A stretch of DNA of 39,480 nucleotides from Halobacterium sp. (GTDB lineage: Archaea; Halobacteriota; Halobacteria; Halobacteriales; Halobacteriaceae): contig CAXREU010000017.1 in NCBI GenBank assembly GCA_964229715.1, positions 1-39,480 of the forward strand. The letters are read 5' to 3'. Shown here in pieces: positions 29,153 to 36,146 of the stretch (positions are counted from its first letter, which is position 1; every line of letters begins with the position of its first letter). Position numbers and translations under genes: made by a program. The notes beneath the pieces are model-generated. The model was not told the DNA's origin and did no database searches. It saw only the letters and a list, made by a program, of their open reading frames with translations.

Positions 29153-29383
29153 TTACTCGGGCGTGATGTAGACGAGCCACTCGTCGGCCCCGACCTGCTC
29201 GGTTTCGTGGGTGAACCCGCGGTCCGCCAAGACGCCGTACAGCGGCTCGGGCTCGAAGCTGTTGACCAACAGCAGCGTCTCGCCGTCGTCGAGCGCGTCC
29301 AGTGCCGCGACGATGTCGCTGAACGGTTCCCCGTCGATGTCCCGCGCGTCGAGGCGGGTGTCCGCGTCGGCAGTCGTGGCCAT
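29153..29383 (-). CDS. DUF2249 domain protein
   Basis: LDARDIDGEPFSDIVAAL...LLLVNSFEPEPLYGVLADRGF. Confidence 0.85.
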   Translation of the reverse strand: MATTADADTRLDARDIDGEPFSDIVAALDALDDGETLLLVNSFEPEPLYGVLADRGFTHETEQVGADEWLVYITPE

Positions 29384-29421
29384 ACACGCGAGTTCATCCG
29401 AGACCAGCCAAGCGGTTTCCC

Positions 29422-29433
29422 CGAAGGTGTTCG
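29422..29433. promoter_or_regulatory. CGAA-N4-TTCG palindrome
   Basis: CGAAGGTGTTCG, 38 nt from the ATG at 29383. Confidence 0.75.
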
Positions 29434-29474
29434 TCAGGCGACCGCGAGCCGTAGGATATCGGCGGCCGGTGGCA

Positions 29475-30011
29475 TCAGAACGGCGCGCCAGCCGACGTCG
29501 TGTCGCCGGCGTTGTCGGCGTCTTCGTCGGGCAGTTCGCCGGTTTCGAGGTAGGTCGCTTCGAGGTCGCGGAGCTCCTCGTTGATGGACTCGCTGCGCTG
29601 GTGGGCGTCGGCGACGCGCACCCGCACGAGGTCGTAGTCGTGGCGCTCGCTGAGACCGTTCCACGCGCGGAACGAGCCGACGGTGAGCGTGTGGCTCTGC
29701 GGGCAGAACGGCGTTGTCGGTGTGAACTCCGCGCGCAGCACCGACGAGTCGTCGGCGTCGACGGCGTACCGGTAGCCCGCCTCGGTGTGGCGGGTATCGC
29801 GGTTCAGGTCCGCAAGGTTGTACCCGAAGGTCATGTCGTAGACGCCGCGTTCGTCGAACAGCTCCCGGGAGAGTTCGTGGAACGCGACGTGGTCGTCGCC
29901 GGCGAGCACGTCATGGCCGGCGAGGAACGCGCCGGGGTCGGGGTTCACATCGGAGTCGAACTTCCCCTCGGGGGCGAGCGCGTCGTCGGACTGCGAGCCC
30001 AGGCCGTACAT
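29475..30011 (-). CDS. Hypothetical protein with DUF59/SufT-like TPTTPFCP motif
   Basis: 178-aa acidic ORF containing LRAEFTPTTPFCPQ. Confidence 0.7.
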   Translation of the reverse strand: MYGLGSQSDDALAPEGKFDSDVNPDPGAFLAGHDVLAGDDHVAFHELSRELFDERGVYDMTFGYNLADLNRDTRHTEAGYRYAVDADDSSVLRAEFTPTTPFCPQSHTLTVGSFRAWNGLSERHDYDLVRVRVADAHQRSESINEELRDLEATYLETGELPDEDADNAGDTTSAGAPF

Positions 30012-30049
30012 GTCTCACAGAACGGCCCGCCTCCCGCTATGCGTAGTCC

Positions 30050-30061
30050 CGAACGTGTTCG
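30050..30061. promoter_or_regulatory. CGAA-N4-TTCG palindrome
   Basis: CGAACGTGTTCG, 38 nt from the ATG at 30011. Confidence 0.75.
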
Positions 30062-30140
30062 CGTCGCTAGCGTGGACGACGGCGGCGCGGCTGGTGGACG
30101 CGAGAACGGAGGATGAGTGACCGGACTGGCGGTTGGCGCG

Positions 30141-31214
30141 CTATTCGCTTCCGGGGTCGGGGTCGAAGATGTCTTCGTCGGGCTCGCCGCCGACCTCGAT
30201 TTCGGCGAGCAGCCCCTTGCGGGCGACGCGACTGAGCGCGTGGTCGACGAGCTTGATGGTTTCCGGGACGGGCGTATCCATCTCCCCAATCATGCAGCTT
30301 CCCGGCGGCACCTTCATCGTCTGGACGTACTCCTCCGGCGTCCCGAGTGCGCCGTCGCGGTGGGCCTGCGTCCAGACGTTCCCGATAGGATGGAAGTTCG
30401 AGGAGCCGTTCGGGCCGCCGTCAACGAGATACACCCGAATCGTGTCGCCGGACTCGGCCTGCAGGCGGCCGTAGCGGTCCGGCGTGAACGGATACTTCTC
30501 ACCGTTGAACAGGACGTACGTCGGGTCTTCGTTGGCCATCGCGTCCATGTCGAACTGGTGGTGGCCTTCCTCGCCGACCTCCTTGTTCGTGTAGAGCTCG
30601 TGCTGACCGAGGTAGAACTCGCGGTCGACCTCCGGGAGGCCGTCCTCGGGTTCGACCAGAATCATCCCGAACATCCCACTGGAGATGTGGTAGTCCATGT
30701 TCGGGACGGCGCAGTGGTAGATGAACGCGCCGGGGTACTTCGCGGTGAAGTCGACGCCGGCAGACTGGCCGGGGCCGACGTTCGTCGCTTCCGCGCCACC
30801 ACCCGTGCCGTAGACGGCATGGAAGTCGACGTTGTGGGGCATCGAGTTGCCGTCGGGGCTGTTTAGCGTGAACGAGACGGTGTCGCCGCGCCGCACGCGA
30901 ACCATCGGGCCGGGAATCTGGCCGTCGAAGGTCATGTAGTTGAACGTGACCCCGGGTTCGATTTCCGCGGTGACTTCCGTGACGTCGAGTTCGATTTCGT
31001 GGTGCTTCGGCGACGACCAGTCGACCGGTTCGGGGACGTCCGTGGGGTCGGCAGCCACGCGGTCGACGTCCGGCTGCGCGGTCTGCGCTGCGGCGTTCTG
31101 CTGGGGCTGTTCGGTCGCCGGACTGTCACCGCCGGGAGCGGTACAGCCCGCGACTGCGGCGGTTCCCCCGATTCCGAGGCCTTGCAGCACGCGCCGGCGA
31201 GTGGTGTCGAACAT
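30141..31214 (-). CDS. nirK: Copper-containing nitrite reductase
   Basis: TRRRVL + VAGC lipobox; PHNVDFHA, YHCAVP...HISSGM, SNFHPIG, LVDHALSR. Confidence 0.95.
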   Translation of the reverse strand: MFDTTRRRVLQGLGIGGTAAVAGCTAPGGDSPATEQPQQNAAAQTAQPDVDRVAADPTDVPEPVDWSSPKHHEIELDVTEVTAEIEPGVTFNYMTFDGQIPGPMVRVRRGDTVSFTLNSPDGNSMPHNVDFHAVYGTGGGAEATNVGPGQSAGVDFTAKYPGAFIYHCAVPNMDYHISSGMFGMILVEPEDGLPEVDREFYLGQHELYTNKEVGEEGHHQFDMDAMANEDPTYVLFNGEKYPFTPDRYGRLQAESGDTIRVYLVDGGPNGSSNFHPIGNVWTQAHRDGALGTPEEYVQTMKVPPGSCMIGEMDTPVPETIKLVDHALSRVARKGLLAEIEVGGEPDEDIFDPDPGSE

Positions 31215-31295
31215 GGGTGGGCACCTCTTCACTTGGACAATACCGGGGATACCCCTTCAAGCGGGTCTGCGTTTCCTGTTCTCCTGCGACACCCC

Positions 31296-31307
31296 CGAAC
31301 CAGTTCG
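31296..31307. promoter_or_regulatory. CGAA-N4-TTCG palindrome upstream of nirK
   Basis: CGAACCAGTTCG; an AT-rich TTTATAAATA lies nearby at 31315-31324. Confidence 0.65.
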
Positions 31308-31354
31308 GCAGCCATTTATAAATACCCGAAGCGGGGGCCGAACCTCCGGTGAGG

Positions 31355-31366
31355 CGAACGTGTTCG
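31355..31366. promoter_or_regulatory. CGAA-N4-TTCG palindrome
   Basis: CGAACGTGTTCG, 38 nt before the ATG at 31405. Confidence 0.75.
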
Positions 31367-31404
31367 GGGAATGTCTCACCCGCGCACAGGATGAATCCAC
31401 GCGT

Positions 31405-31710
31405 ATGGCATCAACACCGCACGAGGACGCCGAGACTGTCGACGGCGTCCACCAGAACTCGTGGTCCGCGAACCTCGAACAGGACCAACACGCCGACGAC
31501 TTGGCGCTCGTCGTCGAGGAAGCGCTCAACGCGGTCGAATCCACTGTGTCTGGCTACCACGTCAATCTTGTCACGCACGGCGACCACGGCCACCCCGAGG
31601 CGTACCTCTACGACGAACTCGAGGACGCGTTCGGCGATAGCATCGCCTACGAGTACGTCGACCAGTGCGGCTGCGGCGGTCACGTCACCCGCGTGCGCGT
31701 CGTCCGCTAA
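31405..31710 (+). CDS. CGCGG-motif small protein (family annotated as a putative rSAM-modified peptide)
   Basis: HQNSWSANLE...VNLVTHGDHGHP...YVDQCGCGGHVTRV. Confidence 0.85.
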   Translation: MASTPHEDAETVDGVHQNSWSANLEQDQHADDLALVVEEALNAVESTVSGYHVNLVTHGDHGHPEAYLYDELEDAFGDSIAYEYVDQCGCGGHVTRVRVVR

Positions 31711-31772
31711 CCGGACGTAACTATTTTTGGTCACCTCGTAACGGTTTTGTAACCTCAAACAGTTGTCCGCGC

Positions 31773-32648
31773 ATGGACAGGCGGCAGTATCTGCAAGCCC
31801 TCGGCGCCGGCGGTGTACTGTCGCTGGCGGGCTGTCTCGGCGGGTCGGCCGGAGCTGACTCCGGCATCGCCGATCAGACGTTTACGGTCGCGACGGCGAC
31901 GACGGTCGAGGACAGCGGACTGCTCGGAGACCTCTCGGCCGGGTTCCAGAACGACTTCGGCGCGTCAGTACGCGCGGTCGTCCGTGGAACCGGCGCCGCA
32001 CTCCGCACTGCCCGCGACGGCAACTGTGACGCGGTGTTGGTCCACGCGCGCCCGCTCGAAGACGAGTTCCTGCGGGCGGGCCACGGCGTCAACCGTCGCA
32101 CCGTGATGGTCAACGACTTTCTCGTCGTCGGCCCGCCCGACGACCCCGCCGACGCAGCCGGCAGCAACCCGCTTGATGCGTTCCGTGCAATCGCCGCCAG
32201 CGACGCGACGTTCCTCTCCCGAGGCGACCGCTCCGGGACGCACCTCCGCGAACGCCGCCTCTGGAACGAAACCGGCGTCGACTCCGCGGGCGACTGGTAT
32301 CGCGAAACCGGACAAGGAATGGGCGCGACGCTAGTCGCGGGGAACGAAGCCGGCGCGTACATGCTCGTCGACCGCGGCACGTTCCTGAACACGGAGACGA
32401 GTCTCGCCGCGCACGTCGCTCACGGCGTCGACGACCCGCCCGACCTGCTCCGCAACGAGTACGCCGTCATCCCCACGAATCCCGCGCGCCACGACGTCGC
32501 GTACGCCCTCGCGATGGCGTTCGTCGGCTACCTCACCGGGCCGGGACAGGACCGCATCGAGGCGTTCCGCGTGGACGGCGAGCGCGCGTTCCCCCCGGCC
32601 GCGCGGAACGAAGACCCCGACTTCGAACAGTACGTGCCCTCTGACTGA
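31773..32648 (+). CDS. TupA-like tungstate/molybdate-binding lipoprotein
   Basis: MDRRQYL + LAGC; ATATTVEDSGLL, GTGAAL, FLSRGDRSGTH, GQGMGATL, DRGTF. Confidence 0.8.
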   Translation: MDRRQYLQALGAGGVLSLAGCLGGSAGADSGIADQTFTVATATTVEDSGLLGDLSAGFQNDFGASVRAVVRGTGAALRTARDGNCDAVLVHARPLEDEFLRAGHGVNRRTVMVNDFLVVGPPDDPADAAGSNPLDAFRAIAASDATFLSRGDRSGTHLRERRLWNETGVDSAGDWYRETGQGMGATLVAGNEAGAYMLVDRGTFLNTETSLAAHVAHGVDDPPDLLRNEYAVIPTNPARHDVAYALAMAFVGYLTGPGQDRIEAFRVDGERAFPPAARNEDPDFEQYVPSD

Positions 32649-32663
32649 ACGCCGTAGCGCCGG

Positions 32664-33068
32664 TCAACTTTCCACGCCCCACCTCGTGTCGGCAGCAACC
32701 AGGGCGGCCGTCAGGAGAACGAACCCCGCGAACCACACGGGCTGGAGTGTGAGCGCTTCCCCGCACCCTGACAGGTCGAGACACGCCGGTCGCGGCCGCA
32801 GGCCCGCGAAAATCGCGCCGGTCAGCGCGGGCGCTGTCGCGAGCGCGGCAACCCGACGGCGCCACGTCTTCATCACGCCCGCTCGGACGACCTGTAACAG
32901 CAGGAATCCAGCGAGAGCGGCGTACGTGCCGAAAATCGCGAACAGATAGGCGCCGGGGTCGAGCAGCCGCCACACCACAACGTAGCCGACGAGGACGCCG
33001 AGGACAAGCACGAGCGAGCGGAGGAGCGCGCGGGTCACCCCGCGGTCGAGCAGCGACGTGGAGGGCAT
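32664..33068 (-). CDS. Hypothetical membrane protein
   Basis: Four hydrophobic segments from ATG 33068 (MPSTSLLDRG). Confidence 0.6.
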   Translation of the reverse strand: MPSTSLLDRGVTRALLRSLVLVLGVLVGYVVVWRLLDPGAYLFAIFGTYAALAGFLLLQVVRAGVMKTWRRRVAALATAPALTGAIFAGLRPRPACLDLSGCGEALTLQPVWFAGFVLLTAALVAADTRWGVES

Positions 33069-33117
33069 CTGTCTGGAGTCGTCACAAGTGCGCAGTAAGT
33101 GTCTTCGGCCAGTAGTG

Positions 33118-34440
33118 TCAGTCGGCGTTCTCGGAGTGGCCGTGGAAGCGCTCGGGGAGGACGCGGCCGTGCCGGAAGACGACGCCGACGAGGTTCGCGG
33201 TGAACACGACGAAGCCGACGCCAAGCGCGCCGCCGCCCGCGATAGTGGCCTGCTCAGGCGCGATGCCGGTCTGTCCGAGAATCAGCGTAACCGTGCCGAG
33301 CGTGACGAGCGCGCCGTCGGCAGCGGCGAGGCGGTCGTCGTAGAGGTCGTCTATCATCGGCACGGGCTCGAAGCCGAGGCGGTCGCTGTACCGGTGAACC
33401 CAGACAATGAACGGAACGACGTGGTACAGTGACCCCATCACCACGAAGCCGACGACGCCGACGAACAGGAGGTGGACACCCGCGGTCGGACCAAACAGCG
33501 TGTCGCGAGCGAGGGGCGCAGCGACCCACTCGCGGGCGGCCAGTGGGCTCCACGCGGCGAGCGCGACGGCGACGACGGCGTACCGCGTGAGCATCGGCGT
33601 GCGTTCGACCTGCCCCTCGGAGAGCTTCTTCGCGAGGAGCACGGCGAACGCGAACGCGCCAGCAGCTATCACGAGGCCGCCGGCGACAGCGAGCGAGCGG
33701 ACAGCGAACAAGCGCCCCGTCGCGAGCGCGACGACGCCGGCGGGGTAGGCGTACTCGATGTACGCGAGGATGCGCTCGCGGCCCCCGATTTCCGTCTGCG
33801 TGAACATCGTCGCGAGCTGGTAGAGCGCGCCGAAGACCGTCGAGAGAATCGCGCCGAACACGGCCAGCGTGGCGTGCGCGCCGACGACCTGCGGCCGCAC
33901 CACGCCCGCGAACGGGAGGACAGTCGTTGAGAGGTCGAACGCGAGCACGAAGCCGAGCGCGGCGAGGACGACGAAACAGGCGAGCGCGAACGCGAAGTGC
34001 GCCTCCGTGGCGTCGAACTCACGGACCGGTGGGAGCGTGCGCGCGAGGTTGTATGCGAACGCCCAGATGCCGGCGACGAGCAGCCCGCCGAAGCCGTGAA
34101 TCCAGTGGACGTTGGCGGCGAGGAACGCGCCCGCGAGCCCGGCGACGCCGACGGCGACGAGCGCGAGTGCGGCGTTCGCGAGCCGGCGAGAGTGGACGGG
34201 GACGTTCGACCAGACGGGCACGAACTGCGTCATCGCGCCCATGATAGTCAGACAGACCCAGCCCGCGAGCAGGAGGTGGACGTGCGCGAGGCGTGCGAAG
34301 CCCGGCGCGGCACCGAGGACGCTGGCGAGGCCGACGGCGCCGCCGGCGAGTAGGAAGGCGAAGGCGACGAGGAAGTACCGTAACGGCACTGTCATCGGCG
34401 GCTGCTGGTCGGTCGCGAGTCCGGCAGGGACGGCGCTCAT
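33118..34440 (-). CDS. Polytopic membrane protein with repeated intramembrane His (heme-Cu oxidase/NnrS-like architecture)
   Basis: ~12 TM; HVHLLLAGW...GAMTQFVPV, HATLAVFG...GALYQL, HLLFVG...GSLYHVVPF repeats. Confidence 0.75.
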   Translation of the reverse strand: MSAVPAGLATDQQPPMTVPLRYFLVAFAFLLAGGAVGLASVLGAAPGFARLAHVHLLLAGWVCLTIMGAMTQFVPVWSNVPVHSRRLANAALALVAVGVAGLAGAFLAANVHWIHGFGGLLVAGIWAFAYNLARTLPPVREFDATEAHFAFALACFVVLAALGFVLAFDLSTTVLPFAGVVRPQVVGAHATLAVFGAILSTVFGALYQLATMFTQTEIGGRERILAYIEYAYPAGVVALATGRLFAVRSLAVAGGLVIAAGAFAFAVLLAKKLSEGQVERTPMLTRYAVVAVALAAWSPLAAREWVAAPLARDTLFGPTAGVHLLFVGVVGFVVMGSLYHVVPFIVWVHRYSDRLGFEPVPMIDDLYDDRLAAADGALVTLGTVTLILGQTGIAPEQATIAGGGALGVGFVVFTANLVGVVFRHGRVLPERFHGHSENAD

Positions 34441-34478
34441 GGCTGAACTGTGGCGGGGGTCGCGGGTGCGAATTCTCC

Positions 34479-34490
34479 CGAACGTGTTCG
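34479..34490. promoter_or_regulatory. CGAA-N4-TTCG palindrome
   Basis: CGAACGTGTTCG, 38 nt from the ATG at 34440. Confidence 0.75.
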
Positions 34491-34492
34491 GT

Positions 34493-35146
34493 CTACGCGA
34501 GGTTCTGGTCGGCGAACCGCGGGAGGTTGCTCGCGAACTGCTTGATTGCAGTCTCCTCGGCGCGGTGCAGCGTCTCGCTGAGCGTGGACTTGGCGGTGTC
34601 GAGGTCGTCGGCGAGGTCGGTGAGCGTACACTCGCGGGGCGTGTCGTAGTAACCGGCCTCGATGGCGGCGCCGAGCAGCTCCTGCTGGCGCGGCGTCAGC
34701 AGGCGCTCGGAGTCCCCCGATTCGTAGAGGTAGCCGACCTCGAACTCCATCCCGAACGCGTCCAGTTGGTCGCGCAGCGCCGACAGCTTCGCGTGCGGCG
34801 CGACGACCTCCAGGGTGGCACTCCCGTTCGAGACTTCCAGCGGTGGCTCCAGCGGGAGACCGGCCTCTCGGAGGGTCAACAGCAACAGCGGCTCGCTGGT
34901 CTCGAACTCGAGGAGCACGGAGTCGTCGTCGCGTTCGAGCGGCTCCATGTCCTCGACGCCGTCCGCCTCGTGCATCTCGCGGAGGACTTCGACGACGTCT
35001 GGGCCCGTGAGTTCGAGGAGCGCAACGCCGCGGTCGTCGTCGGGGAACGCCGCGAGCACGCGGAACAGCGTGTCGGGGTACTGTGTGGATATCCGGGAAA
35101 TCCACACTGATTCGGGCAGGTCGATGGTGAGTTGTGCTCGTGCCAT
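34493..35146 (-). CDS. Bat-like HTH-10 transcriptional regulator
   Basis: C-terminal LTPRQQELL..A...GYYDTPRECTLTDLADDLDTAKSTLSETLHRAE; start MARAQLT at 35146. Confidence 0.88.
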   Translation of the reverse strand: MARAQLTIDLPESVWISRISTQYPDTLFRVLAAFPDDDRGVALLELTGPDVVEVLREMHEADGVEDMEPLERDDDSVLLEFETSEPLLLLTLREAGLPLEPPLEVSNGSATLEVVAPHAKLSALRDQLDAFGMEFEVGYLYESGDSERLLTPRQQELLGAAIEAGYYDTPRECTLTDLADDLDTAKSTLSETLHRAEETAIKQFASNLPRFADQNLA

Positions 35147-35147
35147 G

Positions 35148-35204
35148 CGAAGATGTTCGGACGTATGCGCCCCCAGCCTCAAGAAGTGTTCCCGAACGTG
35201 TTCG
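35148..35204. promoter_or_regulatory. Two CGAA-N4-TTCG palindromes in a divergent promoter
   Basis: CGAAGATGTTCG (35148-35159) abuts the HTH-10 start; CGAACGTGTTCG (35193-35204) lies 38 nt before the ATG at 35243. Confidence 0.75.
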
Positions 35205-35242
35205 GGGGAACGTTGGGGGCGGCGGGAGCCGTCGGAGTAGAC

Positions 35243-35515
35243 ATGGCAACGACCGACTGGCACGCACACCTCTCGGAGACAGCCGTGCCGCTGGACCGCC
35301 AGCGGGAACTCCTTGACGTTCGCGAACTGGGGCCGCCGAACCCGCTGGTGCAAACCCTGGAAATGCTGCCAGACCTCGCCGACGACGTCGTGCTCGTGCA
35401 GGTCAACGACCGCGCCCCACAACATCTCTACCCGAAGCTCGACGACCGCGGCTACGAGTACGCCACTGTCGAAGCCGCCGACGCCGTCGTCACTGGCATC
35501 TGGGTCTCCGACTAG
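35243..35515 (+). CDS. DUF2249 domain protein
   Basis: LDVRELGPPNPLVQTLEML...QVNDRAPQHLYPKLDDRGY. Confidence 0.82.
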   Translation: MATTDWHAHLSETAVPLDRQRELLDVRELGPPNPLVQTLEMLPDLADDVVLVQVNDRAPQHLYPKLDDRGYEYATVEAADAVVTGIWVSD

Positions 35516-35970
35516 GGGCTCTGTCGCCCGGTCGCATCTGTCGGGCGGAGTTCGTACCACGCCGCGTCGATGTCGGTCGGGTCCGCGCTGAAGACGCTCA
35601 TCCCGACGGCGGTCGCCTGTTCGGCGTAGGTGTGCCGTTCGTCCGCGTCCGGCGTCGGAATCTGGGCGAGGACGCCGTGCACGACCACACTCGTCCAATC
35701 GTCGGGCGACGGGGCCTCATACGCGACGAACGTCGCCGGCGTTTCGGCGGCGAGGTCGCGCTTCGCGCTCTCCGGCGTCGACACCAACTGGAACACGCAG
35801 CGGCCGGCGTCCACGTCGTAGCCGAACGAGACAGGGTACGACTGCGGTTCGTCCGTGTGAATCGTGAGCACCCCGTCGCCACGCGACTGGAGGAACTCGG
35901 CAACTTCGTCGGAAGTCATCTGCACGTCGGTCCCGGAGGCGACGCTGTCGGGCGATGGCGGTTGTGACAT
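35512..35970 (-). CDS. Pyridoxamine 5'-phosphate oxidase-like flavin-binding protein
   Basis: GVLTI...SYPVSFGYD...SAK...WTSVVVHGVL; the start could be the downstream MTSDEV. Confidence 0.75.
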   Translation of the reverse strand: MSQPPSPDSVASGTDVQMTSDEVAEFLQSRGDGVLTIHTDEPQSYPVSFGYDVDAGRCVFQLVSTPESAKRDLAAETPATFVAYEAPSPDDWTSVVVHGVLAQIPTPDADERHTYAEQATAVGMSVFSADPTDIDAAWYELRPTDATGRQSP

Positions 35971-36146
35971 TCTATCGGAGACCGCTAGTCGAAGGTGACG
36001 GTTAACCGCTCTCGCCGTTCCAACACTCCGAGAATCAGCCCCCGCGGATTAACAACTCGACCGCTACTATTTATTACAATCTCCTATCTCAACCCGGATT
36101 CGTAACAGCCGAATTAATAACTGGGCGTCCCATAGCTCCAGCTAAC

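Noticed and set aside
17525-35515. Denitrification region as a tRNA-anchored genomic island
   Set aside because: No integrase or transposase, no distal tRNA-end repeat seen, and core genes (acyl-CoA dehydrogenase, sod) are interspersed.
34493-35698. 401-aa version of the HTH-10 ORF
   Set aside because: The N-terminal extension overlaps the DUF2249 gene, the PPOX-like gene and operator sites; the likely start is ATG 35146.
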